From Polyangiaceae bacterium (GTDB taxonomy: Bacteria; Myxococcota_A; Polyangia; Polyangiales; Polyangiaceae), in contig JBNKBE010000010.1 of assembly GCA_050287085.1 (NCBI GenBank), positions 1 through 64,000 of the forward strand: a stretch of 64,000 bases of DNA, read 5' to 3'. The number at the start of each line of letters is the position of its first letter. Position 1 is the stretch's first letter. The translations under genes and the position numbers were made by a program. A model generated the notes under the pieces. The model searched no databases and was not told where the DNA came from. It saw nothing but the letters and a program-made list of their open reading frames with translations. Shown here one piece after another: positions 31,571 to 42,090 of the stretch.

Positions 31571-33361
31571 ATGATGTTGAAGCTAAGATTCGCTGGGTTT
31601 GCGGCGCGCGGGTTGCCGGCAGCAAGACCGCTGAGCGCGGTTCGGTTGCTGAGTGCTGCGGGGCTATTGCCCGCATTGGGATTGGCTGCCGCCTGTTCGG
31701 GTGAGGCGACCGCTCCGATGCCGTCGGTGCCCCCTGACAGTCCCATTGCCGGTAGCGCCGGAGCGGGTACGGCTGCGGGCGGTGCCTCGCCGGTGGGCGG
31801 CGGTGGGGACTCTGCCATGGCGGATGACGACTTCCCGGTTATTCCCAACCCGGACGGTTCGCTGACGCTGCCGATGGTTCTCACGGGGGACGGCTTGTCA
31901 ACGCAGTTTGCGCGTTTGACAAACGATCAATGGCGTCGCGCCGTTCGTGACCTTCTGAACCTGGAGGCGTTGCCGGAGCAGGAGTCACTCTTCTTCGAGT
32001 CCGCGCCGACCGGTGCGACCGACTTCGTGAACGCACAGCAGCTGTTGCTGGTGACCAACACGCAGTGGGGGCAGTACCAGAAGGCCGCTGAGACGATCGC
32101 CGCACGGGTATCCGAGACGGACGAGGCGATGCAGCGCGTCTTCGCCGGAACCGATGCAGACGCGTTTATCCGTGACTTCGGGATGAAGGCGTTCCGGCGT
32201 CCGGTGACGGAGGACGAGGTTGTGCGCTACCAGGGCGTCTTCGACACGGGTGCAGCCCTCGAAGGTACTCAGAGCGCCTTCACGCGCGGCGCGGGTCTCG
32301 TGATCGAGACAATGCTCCAGAGTCCGCACTTCCTCTACCGGATAGAGATGACCCCACCTGGGCAGACCCTTTCCGGCTACGAGCTGGCGGCGAAGCTCTC
32401 GCTATACCTGCTGCGCACCATCCCCAGTGACGCACTGATGGAAAAGGCTGCTTCCGGCGCGCTGGACAGCGCGGCGGGTATCGAAGCCGAGGCCCGGGCT
32501 ATGCTGGCCACGCCGGAGGCTGCTGAGACGTTCAGCGCTTTCCACTACGAGTTGCTTGAGCTCAGCCGCTTCAAGGACATTGCCAAGACGGACCCGGCCT
32601 TCACCGAGGACGTCGCAGGTGAGTTGGTGGAGGCGTCCCGGCTGTTCTTTGAGCGCCTGTACGCCCAAGACCAAGGCGTTCGCGAAATGTTGACGACGCG
32701 GACCGGATTTATCGGACCGGCCACGGCACCGTTTTATGGATTGCCGGCGCCAGCCGGCATGGAGGAGACGACGCTTCCCGAGGAACGGGTGGGGTTCTTC
32801 ACCCAGCTTCCCTATCTGATGAACTTTGCGCGAGGAAATCAGAGCTACGCGGTGTTGCGCGGTGTGCATATCAATACAGAGGTATTGTGCGCGAAGCTGC
32901 CGCCGTTACCGACGGCACCGCCGCCCTTGCCCGACATCGAGTACACCACGAGCCGCGAGTACATGGAACTCGGCACCCTACCCTGTGGTGGAGGTTGTCA
33001 TGACACGTACATCAACGCCTTGGGCTACGCGATGGAGAACTTCGACGGACTTGGTCGAACACGGGACCTAGACAACGGTTATCCCATCGATACTGCGAGT
33101 TCATACCCGTTTCTGGGTGGGATTCAGAACTTCAAGGACTCGAAGGAGTTGATGGCTATCATCTCCGAAAACAAGATGGCTCACGAGTGCTACGCGCGTC
33201 ACATCGCGTCTTATGGTCTTGGGCGTGACTTGGGTGACAGCGACTGGCCGGTGGTCAATACCCTCGCTGACTTCAGTTTGAATCAAAATGCGTCGACCAA
33301 GGAGTTGGTCGTGAAGCTGGTAACGGATCCAGCGTTCTACACCCGCTCAGGAGCGAACTAA
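31571..33361 (+). CDS. DUF1592-family lipoprotein, copy 2
   Basis: Lipobox AAAC; RLTNDQW; FGMKAFRRP; LQSPHFLYR; ELAAKLS; LRGVHI; CGGGCH; LGYAMENFDGLG; YGLGR. Confidence 0.9.
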   Translation: MMLKLRFAGFAARGLPAARPLSAVRLLSAAGLLPALGLAAACSGEATAPMPSVPPDSPIAGSAGAGTAAGGASPVGGGGDSAMADDDFPVIPNPDGSLTLPMVLTGDGLSTQFARLTNDQWRRAVRDLLNLEALPEQESLFFESAPTGATDFVNAQQLLLVTNTQWGQYQKAAETIAARVSETDEAMQRVFAGTDADAFIRDFGMKAFRRPVTEDEVVRYQGVFDTGAALEGTQSAFTRGAGLVIETMLQSPHFLYRIEMTPPGQTLSGYELAAKLSLYLLRTIPSDALMEKAASGALDSAAGIEAEARAMLATPEAAETFSAFHYELLELSRFKDIAKTDPAFTEDVAGELVEASRLFFERLYAQDQGVREMLTTRTGFIGPATAPFYGLPAPAGMEETTLPEERVGFFTQLPYLMNFARGNQSYAVLRGVHINTEVLCAKLPPLPTAPPPLPDIEYTTSREYMELGTLPCGGGCHDTYINALGYAMENFDGLGRTRDLDNGYPIDTASSYPFLGGIQNFKDSKELMAIISENKMAHECYARHIASYGLGRDLGDSDWPVVNTLADFSLNQNASTKELVVKLVTDPAFYTRSGAN

Positions 33362-34818
33362 TGAGGCACAATCGTACCAGCCGAATGCACCAGAACCTAC
33401 TGCGCCGCCGCAACTTCATCGGAGGAGCTAGCGGTCTGCTGGTGGGACTGCCATTTCTAGAAAGCCTTCCATCGCGCTCAGCTTGGGCGCAGGGCGAAAA
33501 CCCGGTCTTCTCCTTCGTGATGGTTTCGGCCAACGGAGTGGTTCAGGAGCGATTTTGGCCTACGCAGGAAGGGGCGATATCCGCTCAATCGATGACCGGC
33601 AAGGCGGTTGAGCCGCTTGCCGACTATGCCTCGAACCTGCTCTTCGTGGGAGGTTTGTCGTACCCTGCTGGGCTTCGTAGCTGCGGTCACGCAGAAGGCT
33701 TGTGCGAGTCGCTCACGGGTATTGGTCCGTCCAGCACCGGTAACGGTGCGCAGTCGGGAGGTGAGTCCATCGACATGTACATCTCCAAGACGGTCAACGA
33801 GCAGGGGCTGGATCCGATCAGTCTCTACGCCGGTGCGAGGAACTACATCGGTGAACGATCGTCGTTTGCCGGGCGGGGCACGGCGCGTTCGATGCAGCTT
33901 AACCCCTACGCGGCCTTCCAGGAGCTGGTGGGTGTTGCAGACGATTCGACCGCTCCGAGCACACCTCCTGAGGGCGGCGGGGGAGCGGCCCCTTCCGGTC
34001 CTACGGCGATGACCGACGAAGTCTTGATCCGCCGCAAGAGCGTACTCGACACCGTCCGCGGTGAGCTGAGTGAGCTCGAGAACCTCAGCGGGATCAGCGC
34101 TAGCGACAAAGTGCGTTTGCAGACGCACATGGAGGCGTTCCGCGAGGTAGAGGTGGATCTGGTCGACACTGGCGACGAGATGGGTCAGATGGCAGGGGAC
34201 GATCCGGAAGTGTCTCCGTTCATGGCCAGCTGCTCGATTGGGTCGCTTGATAAGGCCGGCATTGAGGCCTTCAGTGGTGGCGTTAACTTCAGTCAGAACG
34301 GCAACATGATTGAGGATATCGTGCGCTTGCATGGTGAGGTCGTAGCGCTGTCCTTTGCCTGCAATCAGAACCGCGTTGCTGTGTTGCAGTGGGGCGATGG
34401 CACCGACGGTACGAAGTATTCAGGGCTTACGGGCAACGCCGTCAATTGGCCGTTTCATCAGGTGAGTCACGGCATCCAGAGCGACTCGGCTGGGGGTAAC
34501 GACCCGGACGCGCGAGACACACACGCGCAGATCGATGTTATTCGTATGACCACGTTCGGCCAGATCTTGAAGCACTTCAAGGAGCGAGGGTTGTTTGCGC
34601 ATTCCGTGGTCTACTGGACAAGCCATGTGGCCACGGGGTCCCATAGCTTCAACAATCTGCCGTGTATTGTTGCAGGTAGTGGCGGTGGCTACTTCAAGCA
34701 GGGTCAATATGTAAGCGCGCCGGACAAGAACGGTGCGCTATTGGCCGCCATCGGCGAGGCGGCGGGTGCAGGCAGCAACTTCGCGGGCGCAAGCCCCTTG
34801 GGTGTGGTGAAAGTCTAG
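33361..34818 (+). CDS. DUF1552-family protein, Tat-type signal, copy 2
   Basis: RRRNFIGG..LPFLESL; SIDMYI; RKSVLD; SDKVRLQTH; FACNQNRV; FHQVSH; TAATG overlap with the upstream gene. Confidence 0.9.
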   Translation: MRHNRTSRMHQNLLRRRNFIGGASGLLVGLPFLESLPSRSAWAQGENPVFSFVMVSANGVVQERFWPTQEGAISAQSMTGKAVEPLADYASNLLFVGGLSYPAGLRSCGHAEGLCESLTGIGPSSTGNGAQSGGESIDMYISKTVNEQGLDPISLYAGARNYIGERSSFAGRGTARSMQLNPYAAFQELVGVADDSTAPSTPPEGGGGAAPSGPTAMTDEVLIRRKSVLDTVRGELSELENLSGISASDKVRLQTHMEAFREVEVDLVDTGDEMGQMAGDDPEVSPFMASCSIGSLDKAGIEAFSGGVNFSQNGNMIEDIVRLHGEVVALSFACNQNRVAVLQWGDGTDGTKYSGLTGNAVNWPFHQVSHGIQSDSAGGNDPDARDTHAQIDVIRMTTFGQILKHFKERGLFAHSVVYWTSHVATGSHSFNNLPCIVAGSGGGYFKQGQYVSAPDKNGALLAAIGEAAGAGSNFAGASPLGVVKV

Positions 34819-34866
34819 CGGCCGCACTCTTCGAGTGAGCCGCAGTGGTGGCTGCACCAGTTGAAG

Positions 34867-34895
34867 GCCGCACCTCTTTGAGGTGCGGCTTTTTT
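34867..34895 (+). terminator. Intrinsic terminator
   Basis: GCCGCACCTC-TTT-GAGGTGCGGC followed by T6. Confidence 0.85.
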
Positions 34896-34962
34896 CATGG
34901 GGTAGTAGGCTTGTGCCCGACTGACCTTCGCCGCTGGGACCGTCGGGGGGCCGGGGTGCGCG

Positions 34963-35820
34963 TTAGGGTTCCAGGCGGGCTAACACGCGGCTCAAACGCT
35001 CTTGCCAACTGGGGATTGGTCGCCCTAGGGCCGCGATCGTTTCGGTCAGATCGAGCACGCTATAGTGAGGGCGTTGGGCAGGCGTTGGGTACTGCTCCGA
35101 GCTACACGGCAGCACCTCACAGGGGCGCTCGAGCTGCTCAACGATGGCTCGCGCCAACTCGTACCAGGTGCATTCACCGCTGTCTGTGCCGTGAAAGACC
35201 CCCGTGAGACCTCCGTCCAGGAGCCGGAGGGAGGTCTCCACCAGGCCGAGCGCACTGCTCGGACGACCGCGCTGATCGTTGACGATGCGCAGTGTGCTTC
35301 GCTCTTGGCTGAGACGCGCAATCGTGCGAACGAAGTTCTTGCCCCAAGAGGCATAGAGCCAACTTGTTCTGATGAGCAGGGAGTTGGCTCCGCTGGCTAG
35401 AAGAAGCTCTTCGCCGCGTGCTTTGCTGCGACCATAGGCGTTCACGGGGTCACGCTTCGCCGTGACGTGATAGGGCGTGCTGGCCTGACCGCTGAAGACG
35501 TAGTCGGTGCTGTAATGGAGCAGGGTGGCGCCCTGGGCCTTGCACGCTCGTGCGAGCTCACCCACCGCGTCGCCGTTGAGCGCCGTCGCCTCCGCTTCGT
35601 GGACCTCTGCTGCATCCACGTCCGTCCAGGCGGCGCAGTTGACAACCACGCGCGCAGAGCTCGCCGCCTCATTAGCGCCGCCGACCGTGAGCAGGTCGAA
35701 CTCCGGACGATCGAGCACGCGGAAGCTACGCACGGCGAGTGTCAAGGCCTCTTGCCAAGCGCGCCCCAGCATTCCACGCCCGCCGATGAGAGCAAACTCA
35801 CAGTGTTCGCGTCTAGGCAC
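34963..35820 (-). CDS. rmlD: dTDP-4-dehydrorhamnose reductase
   Basis: GGRGMLG, VNCAAWTDVDAAE, STDYVF, YGRSK, RTSWLY. GTG start overlapping the end of rmlB is inferred. Confidence 0.93.
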   Translation of the reverse strand: MPRREHCEFALIGGRGMLGRAWQEALTLAVRSFRVLDRPEFDLLTVGGANEAASSARVVVNCAAWTDVDAAEVHEAEATALNGDAVGELARACKAQGATLLHYSTDYVFSGQASTPYHVTAKRDPVNAYGRSKARGEELLLASGANSLLIRTSWLYASWGKNFVRTIARLSQERSTLRIVNDQRGRPSSALGLVETSLRLLDGGLTGVFHGTDSGECTWYELARAIVEQLERPCEVLPCSSEQYPTPAQRPHYSVLDLTETIAALGRPIPSWQERLSRVLARLEP

Positions 35821-36865
35821 GCGTACGCTCTCCGTAGTTCTTGGTGATCCAGTCGCGGTAGGCTCCAGAGCGAACCTGCTCAACCCAGTCGGGGTGCTCT
35901 AGGTACCATTGTACGGTCTTAGCGAGCCCCGATTCGAACGTGCTTTGCGGTTGCCAACCGAGCTCCCTTTCGAGTTTGGAGGCGTCGATGGCGTATCTCA
36001 AGTCGTGACCAGGCCGGTCTTGCACAAAGGTGATCAGCTTCGTCAAGCTGCCTTCTGGGCTGCCTGTTGTTTGCGCTACCAAAGCGCAGATGGCGTGTAC
36101 CACGTCGAGGTTCGAGACCTCGTTGTGGCCCCCGATGTTGTAGGTTTCACCTACCTGGCCCTGCTGGATGACAGTCCAGATCGCTTCGCAATGATCGTCG
36201 ACGAAGAGCCAGTCTCGTACGTTGAGGCCTTTGCCATATACGGGCAGGGGCTTTCGTTCCAGACAATTGAGAATCATGAGTGGAATGAGTTTCTCAGGAA
36301 ACTGCAGGGGCCCATAGTTGTTGGAGCAGTTGGTAATCTTCACGGCCAGCCCGTAGGTGCGTGCGTAGGCGCGTACGAGATGGTCGCTGGCCGCTTTGCT
36401 TGCAGAGTATGGGCTAGAAGGATCGTAGCGAGAGACTTCTGTGAAACGGCCGCTGCTTCCGAGGGAGCCGTAGACCTCGTCAGTACTGACGTGGTGGAAT
36501 AGGCCGGCCCCGGGTGACCAGTGTGTTCGGCAGGCTTCGAGGAGTTCGAAAGTGCCCTGAATGTTGGTGCGAACGAACTCACCCGGACCCAGGATGCTGC
36601 GGTCGACGTGGCTTTCGGCGGCGAAGTGGATCACTAGATCGGGACGTTCAGCTTCGAATACAGCCAGCACGTCTTCGCGCGAAGCGATGTCTCCATGCAC
36701 GAGCTTGTAGTTCGAGGCTGTTTGCAGCTCAGCCAGATTCGCCGGGTTGGCCGCGTACGTGAGCTTGTCAAAATTGACGAAGTCGTGGTTCGGAAAGCGG
36801 GGGACGAACATGTTCAGGAAGTTCGCTCCGATGAAGCCAGCTCCGCCTGTTACCAGTATGCGCAT
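35813..36865 (-). CDS. rmlB: dTDP-glucose 4,6-dehydratase
   Basis: ILVTGGAGFIG, AAESHVDRSI, STDEVYG, YSASKA, DRPGHDLRY. Confidence 0.97.
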   Translation of the reverse strand: MRILVTGGAGFIGANFLNMFVPRFPNHDFVNFDKLTYAANPANLAELQTASNYKLVHGDIASREDVLAVFEAERPDLVIHFAAESHVDRSILGPGEFVRTNIQGTFELLEACRTHWSPGAGLFHHVSTDEVYGSLGSSGRFTEVSRYDPSSPYSASKAASDHLVRAYARTYGLAVKITNCSNNYGPLQFPEKLIPLMILNCLERKPLPVYGKGLNVRDWLFVDDHCEAIWTVIQQGQVGETYNIGGHNEVSNLDVVHAICALVAQTTGSPEGSLTKLITFVQDRPGHDLRYAIDASKLERELGWQPQSTFESGLAKTVQWYLEHPDWVEQVRSGAYRDWITKNYGERTRA

Positions 36866-36935
36866 GATTCGGTTTGAGACACAGCCGAACCCCGAGGCTC
36901 GGCCGCTGCCGGGTGAAGAAGGGAGTTGCGTGGGG

Positions 36936-37493
36936 CTAGGTGTGATAGTGGGGCAAGCGTTCTACCGGAATGTCTCGCAGGCGCGGCCATGCGCGGTCTT
37001 TTTCGGAGACCTGCTCCGCCTCGTACGGCCACTCGATCGCGAGATCAGGATCATCGAAGCGAATGCCGAGCTCGTTTTCCGGGCTGTAGCCGCTGGTGCA
37101 CTTGTAGGTGAAGATGGCGTGGTCAGAGAGAACGCAGTAGCCGTGTGCAAAGCCGGGCGGAATGTAGAGCTGTCGTAGCGATTGGTCGTCCAGGAGTACG
37201 CTACAGTGTTGACCAAAGGTGGGAGAGCCCACGCGTACGTCAACGGCAACGTCATAGACTTGGCCGCGAGCGACGCTTACGAGCTTGCCCTGACCGTGGG
37301 GGTGCTGAAGGTGCAGTCCGCGCAGGACACCATAGGCAGAGCCAGCGATGTTGTCCTGCACGAAGTGGGTTGGAAGTCCGGCGTCGGAGTAGCGGCGGGC
37401 GGACCACGTTTCTGCAAAGAAGCCTCTTGGGTCTCCGAACACGCGAGGTTCGACGACGACCAATTCGCTAATGGACAGGTGTTCGACTTTCAC
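36936..37493 (-). CDS. rmlC: dTDP-4-dehydrorhamnose 3,5-epimerase
   Basis: [34 protein letters not shown]. Confidence 0.96.
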   Translation of the reverse strand: MKVEHLSISELVVVEPRVFGDPRGFFAETWSARRYSDAGLPTHFVQDNIAGSAYGVLRGLHLQHPHGQGKLVSVARGQVYDVAVDVRVGSPTFGQHCSVLLDDQSLRQLYIPPGFAHGYCVLSDHAIFTYKCTSGYSPENELGIRFDDPDLAIEWPYEAEQVSEKDRAWPRLRDIPVERLPHYHT

Positions 37494-38395
37494 AGGTCGT
37501 CCTCGGCGAGGCGTGCGAGATAGGCGCCGTAGCGTGTTTTCTCGAGGGTTCGGGCGCTTTCAAGTAGCTGGGCCTTGTCGATCCACCCCTTGGTATAGGC
37601 GATTTCCTCGGGGCACGCGATCTGCAGCCCCTGACGGCTAACGACGGTCTGAATGAAGTTGCCCGCGGCCAGCATGTTTTCGGGAGTACCGGTGTCGAGC
37701 CACGCGATGCCGCGCCCCAGCTTTTCGAGATGCAGATTGCGTTCCTCGAGATACAGACGGTTTAGATCGGTGATTTCTAGTTCTCCACGCTGTGAGGGCT
37801 TGAGCGAACGGGCGAGCTCTGGCGCTCTCTCGTCGTAGAAGTACAAGCCCGTAACCGCGTAGTGACTCTTTGGTTGCGTTGGCTTCTCCTCCAGACCCAC
37901 AACGCGACCACTGGCATCGAATTCCGCAACACCGTAGTCTTTGGGGTTCTGGGTGTGGTAGCCGAACACCGTGGCGCCTTGCGTGCGGCGCGCAGCCCGC
38001 TCAACCACGTCCGTGAGTCCGCGCCCGTAGAAGATGTTGTCTCCCAACACCATTGCGGCGTGGGCGCCGGCCAGAAACTCTTCTCCGAGAATAAACGCCT
38101 GAGCCAGGCCCTCGGGCTTTGGCTGAACGGCGAAGGTGATCTGCATGCCCCACTGGGAACCATCACCCAGAAGACGGCGAAACTGTCCGCTTTCCTCAGG
38201 CGTGTTGATGATGAGTACCTCTCGCAGGCCGGCCAGCATCAACACGCTCAGCGGATAGTAGATCATCGGCTTGTCGTAGACGGGGATGAGCTGCTTGCTG
38301 ACCGCCAGGGTGATGGGGTGAAGGCGTGTCCCGGCGCCGCCGGCCAACACGATACCTCGGCGGGTTATCGCGCGCTCGGGAGGCGCGGCGGTCAT
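37490..38395 (-). CDS. rmlA: Glucose-1-phosphate thymidylyltransferase
   Basis: [52 protein letters not shown]. Confidence 0.97.
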   Translation of the reverse strand: MTAAPPERAITRRGIVLAGGAGTRLHPITLAVSKQLIPVYDKPMIYYPLSVLMLAGLREVLIINTPEESGQFRRLLGDGSQWGMQITFAVQPKPEGLAQAFILGEEFLAGAHAAMVLGDNIFYGRGLTDVVERAARRTQGATVFGYHTQNPKDYGVAEFDASGRVVGLEEKPTQPKSHYAVTGLYFYDERAPELARSLKPSQRGELEITDLNRLYLEERNLHLEKLGRGIAWLDTGTPENMLAAGNFIQTVVSRQGLQIACPEEIAYTKGWIDKAQLLESARTLEKTRYGAYLARLAEDDL

Positions 38396-38619
38396 GATGG
38401 CTCTCCACTCGCTTGGGTGTTGCGGATGGGCTCTCGGCGCAAGGAGGGCGACATAGGCGAAAGCTAGCGCGGAACCGTAGTTGCTTCGAGTATTCGTCGA
38501 TTCGCTTCCCGCTAAGGCGTCGTTACGCGACGCTGAGTCAGTGGAGAGGCCCTGCGGCCGAACAAGCATGGGCTCCAGCGTGGTTGTTTCCGGGACGCGG
38601 CAGGGCTATTGGATTACCT

Positions 38620-41600
38620 GTGCGGATCGTCAACGACCCAGTCGGCGGCGGTGCCGATCTCAGAGCGCGTTGGCGGGGTGGTGGGCCGTCCCGGCTTAGG
38701 CGTGCTTTGGATGGGCGAGGGAGGCCATTTTGCGTCGGCGCGGCGGGGTTGTTGGTGGCCGTGTTGTGCGGGTTGAGGCCGTCCATGGCGTCGGCAGAGC
38801 CGCCCGCCGCGGCGGTCAGCGCCCCCAGCGCTTCGGTTGCGGTCGGCGTTGGGGCCGCGCCGTCCGCAAGTAGCGCTACGGAAGAACCTCCAGCGTCTCA
38901 CGGCGCAGCCAGTTCGGCGCCGCCTACAGAGCCAGGCCCGGTACCGGCTCTCATCGATGCTCTGGAGCGTCGTATTCAAGACGTCGAAGCGCTGACCCGG
39001 AGTCAATTGGCGGGCGACGAAGATCTCGTGCGTCTATTGGGTTTCGACCCGGCTGAGCCAGAAGAAGCGCTCGAGGTGGAGCGAGCCCGCTTGCGGATGC
39101 TGGTCGGGGCTGGCGCTCCAAAGTCAGTTGCAGAAGGTGCTGGCGGTGGTGGAGGCGCTGGCGCGCCGTCGGCGGCTGGCTCAGGGGGAGGCGCGCCTGA
39201 TCCGGAGAGGACGGCTCGTCCGGTGGCTTCGGGTGGGGGCGGGATCGGCGGCGCGGATTCCCTCGGTGCGGGCTCGGCGTCCACTGTCGGCACTCCCTCA
39301 GAGCCGGTGCGGGTCACCCTGGCGGAGGCTCGGCGACGACTCGATGCGGCGCGCCTCAAGTTCTGGGAGTTGCCTCGCTCGGAACGAGAACGCCTCCTTG
39401 CGCAACAGGCGGTCCTCCGCGCCGAGTCGGTAGCTACCGCGCGGAGTCGGCAGATCGACGAGGCTGAAGAGGCGGCCCGACGCGCCGAGGAGGAACAGCG
39501 CCGCGCGCTGGAAGCTGCGCGGCTGGCGCGCACTGAAGCTGCGCGGCTGGTCGCTGAGGAATACGCAACGCTGCTTGCCGTGGCTCAGCGGCAAGCGCAA
39601 TTCGAAGCGCGTTTGCTGCAAGGCCGTGACGCGATGGCGCAACGTCGGGACGAGCTCTTGGTCTGGCGCCGCCGCGTTCAAGCGGTGATCGACGCGCCGG
39701 CCATCGGTGCTGCTGCTGCCGCCAACGCGGATGCCACCTACGTGGAGCTACGCCGGGCGCTGCTCGCGTCACGAACGACCCTAGCCACCTCATTGTCCGA
39801 GTGGGGACGGGCGGCTGAGGTTGTGCCCCAGGCGCCAGCGACTACGCTTAGCCAGTTGCCGGCGGAAGTGGACGTTACCGCGGCGGAACGCGAGCGCGGC
39901 GTTGTCGCAGCAAAAGCGGTTGAGCTGATTGCCGAGCAGCAAGGCTACGAAGCCGAGCGGGCGCAACAGCTGATGGCTGAAGTCGAAGAGCTCAATCGTC
40001 TTCGCCTACAGATCCTGGAGTCCTTGTCGCCCCATATGCGCGGCGAGGTACTTGGCTTTGGGGCGCGTGGCTGGCAGCAGGCGGGCGCCGAGATCTGGCA
40101 GGTGTCGCTGACCGTTCGCTATCATGTTCAGGCGACGCTCGATTGGCTTGCGGCAATTCAAAGCGGCGCACAAAGAAGTCAATCTGCGCTGTTCTCGGCC
40201 ATGCTCGTGTTCAAGCTCCTATTTGCCGTGGGGGTGTTGTGGGCGTGGCGGAGACGGGCGCCCGCGGCATTTGCTGCTTTGCGCGAGCGCTTGCGTGTCG
40301 CGCTGCGCTCGCGCGGGGGAAAAGACTGGCTTGCTATTGGTTCGATCGGAGAGCGCAGTGTCGTCTTCCTCGAGAAAGTGCGACGACCGCTCGAGTGGTT
40401 GCTGCTCGTTGCGACCATCAACATCATGCTACCCAGCGCAGCGCGTGAGTTGCTCGAGGTGCGGGCCACCAGCAGTGTTCTGCTCTGGTTGTTTGGGGGG
40501 CACTTCATCGTTCTGGCGCTCGACGCATTGTCCTCTTCCTCCAGCGCTAGCAGTCGAGCGCCCGCAGAGGCCGTGGCGGCGACTCCCACGGGCTCTCTTC
40601 GCATGCGATCGCTACGTCTTGCGGGGAGAGCGGTAGTCGCTTTCGGACTGCCGCTCTCCCTCAGCGAGCTGCTGGTGGGGCGGGGGACTGTTTACGGCTG
40701 GGTCTTTTCTACCTGCTGGTTCGTTGCGCTGCCGATCTTGCTGGTGATCATTGCCTGGTGGCGCCCCGTCATCTTTGAGCGTTTCGAGTTGATTCGAAAG
40801 CCTTCGCGCTTTGAGGCATGGGTACTCTCGAGACGAGAAAAGCCTGCCAATTGGCGTGCCTCCATCGTTAGCAGCGTCGCGGCGGTGGCCGGCGGCATAT
40901 ACCTTTTCGTTCGCGGCGCGGGCCGCGTTGCCCGAGGCCGAGTTCTCGCTTTCAACGTCACACGTCGCGTATTGGCCTACCTCTTTCGGCGCGACATGAC
41001 CAAGCGGGCCCAAGAGGCTCGTCCCAGCTTGTTGCAGCCCCTGGCGGCTGGGCTGTTCCACTCGCTGGGCCCCGATGTGCCTTCGGAGCAGTTGGTGGGT
41101 AGCATAGCCGACGGCCAAGTCGACGAGGTCGTGGAGCGGATTGTGCGGGCAGGTGGCGGCACCGTTGCCATCGTAGGCGAACGCGGAGCGGGCAAGACGA
41201 CCGTGCTTCGACGCATCGTGGCATCGCGGGCCGAGCCGTTGTCCATCCGATGTGATCGCAGTGGCTTTGCGTCCTTGGTTGACCAGCTCAACACGTTGCT
41301 TGACCTGCCATCACAGACGCCGATCGAGCAAGCCGTGCGGCACCTGGATGCACGCGGCGACGATCACGCGCTTCTCATCGATGATGCCCACTTCCTGGTG
41401 CGGCCCATGATGGGGGGACTACACGAGCTTGATCGCGTATTGGGTCTGCTGCGCCGCTATTCACGCAATTGCACCTGGATTCTCGCGTTCGACTCATCGC
41501 TGTGGGGTTTCGTGGAGCGAGCGCGCGGACAGGGGCCGCTATTCGACAAGGTTATTCGTCTCAAAGCGTGGGACGAAGCCGCCATTGTTCGTTTGATAGT

Positions 41601-42090
41601 GCAGCGCAATCGAGCGACGGAGGTGGTTCCCGACTTTCGGCAGCTCGGTCTTGATTTGCCGGCCAATGCTGATCGGGCGGACATCGCTGAGGCCGCTCGT
41701 CGGACGGAAGCGAACTACTATCGGCTCTTGTGGGACTATGCGGGGGGCAATCCTGGTGTGGCGCTTCACTTCTGGCGTCGTTCGCTTGGAGCGACGCGCG
41801 CCGGCAAGATACTGGTGAAGCTCTTTGACGCTCCCGGTGCGGGGCAACTGGACGCTTTGCCAGAGTCGGCAGCGTTTGCGCTACGAGCATTGGTGCAAAT
41901 GCATTGGGCGAGTGTCGCCGAGGTATCAGAAACCACCAATCTACCCCAGGCCGTGGTCGAGGATGCCCTGCGCCACGGTCAGCAACTCGGCCTGTTTGAT
42001 ATCGAAGATGAGCGTTACCGTATTGCGTGGGATTGGTATCGCGCGGTTACACGCTTTCTCCTGCGCCGTCACCTACTCCCTGCGCCATGA
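38620..42090 (+). CDS. Large membrane protein: signal peptide, coiled coil, multi-TM region, P-loop ATPase, winged helix
   Basis: Open frame 38413..42090; true start probably 38620-38707. Walker A GERGAGKTT, Walker B LLIDDAH, GGNPG, C-terminal SVAEVSETTNLPQAVVEDAL. Confidence 0.82.
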   Translation: MRIVNDPVGGGADLRARWRGGGPSRLRRALDGRGRPFCVGAAGLLVAVLCGLRPSMASAEPPAAAVSAPSASVAVGVGAAPSASSATEEPPASHGAASSAPPTEPGPVPALIDALERRIQDVEALTRSQLAGDEDLVRLLGFDPAEPEEALEVERARLRMLVGAGAPKSVAEGAGGGGGAGAPSAAGSGGGAPDPERTARPVASGGGGIGGADSLGAGSASTVGTPSEPVRVTLAEARRRLDAARLKFWELPRSERERLLAQQAVLRAESVATARSRQIDEAEEAARRAEEEQRRALEAARLARTEAARLVAEEYATLLAVAQRQAQFEARLLQGRDAMAQRRDELLVWRRRVQAVIDAPAIGAAAAANADATYVELRRALLASRTTLATSLSEWGRAAEVVPQAPATTLSQLPAEVDVTAAERERGVVAAKAVELIAEQQGYEAERAQQLMAEVEELNRLRLQILESLSPHMRGEVLGFGARGWQQAGAEIWQVSLTVRYHVQATLDWLAAIQSGAQRSQSALFSAMLVFKLLFAVGVLWAWRRRAPAAFAALRERLRVALRSRGGKDWLAIGSIGERSVVFLEKVRRPLEWLLLVATINIMLPSAARELLEVRATSSVLLWLFGGHFIVLALDALSSSSSASSRAPAEAVAATPTGSLRMRSLRLAGRAVVAFGLPLSLSELLVGRGTVYGWVFSTCWFVALPILLVIIAWWRPVIFERFELIRKPSRFEAWVLSRREKPANWRASIVSSVAAVAGGIYLFVRGAGRVARGRVLAFNVTRRVLAYLFRRDMTKRAQEARPSLLQPLAAGLFHSLGPDVPSEQLVGSIADGQVDEVVERIVRAGGGTVAIVGERGAGKTTVLRRIVASRAEPLSIRCDRSGFASLVDQLNTLLDLPSQTPIEQAVRHLDARGDDHALLIDDAHFLVRPMMGGLHELDRVLGLLRRYSRNCTWILAFDSSLWGFVERARGQGPLFDKVIRLKAWDEAAIVRLIVQRNRATEVVPDFRQLGLDLPANADRADIAEAARRTEANYYRLLWDYAGGNPGVALHFWRRSLGATRAGKILVKLFDAPGAGQLDALPESAAFALRALVQMHWASVAEVSETTNLPQAVVEDALRHGQQLGLFDIEDERYRIAWDWYRAVTRFLLRRHLLPAP

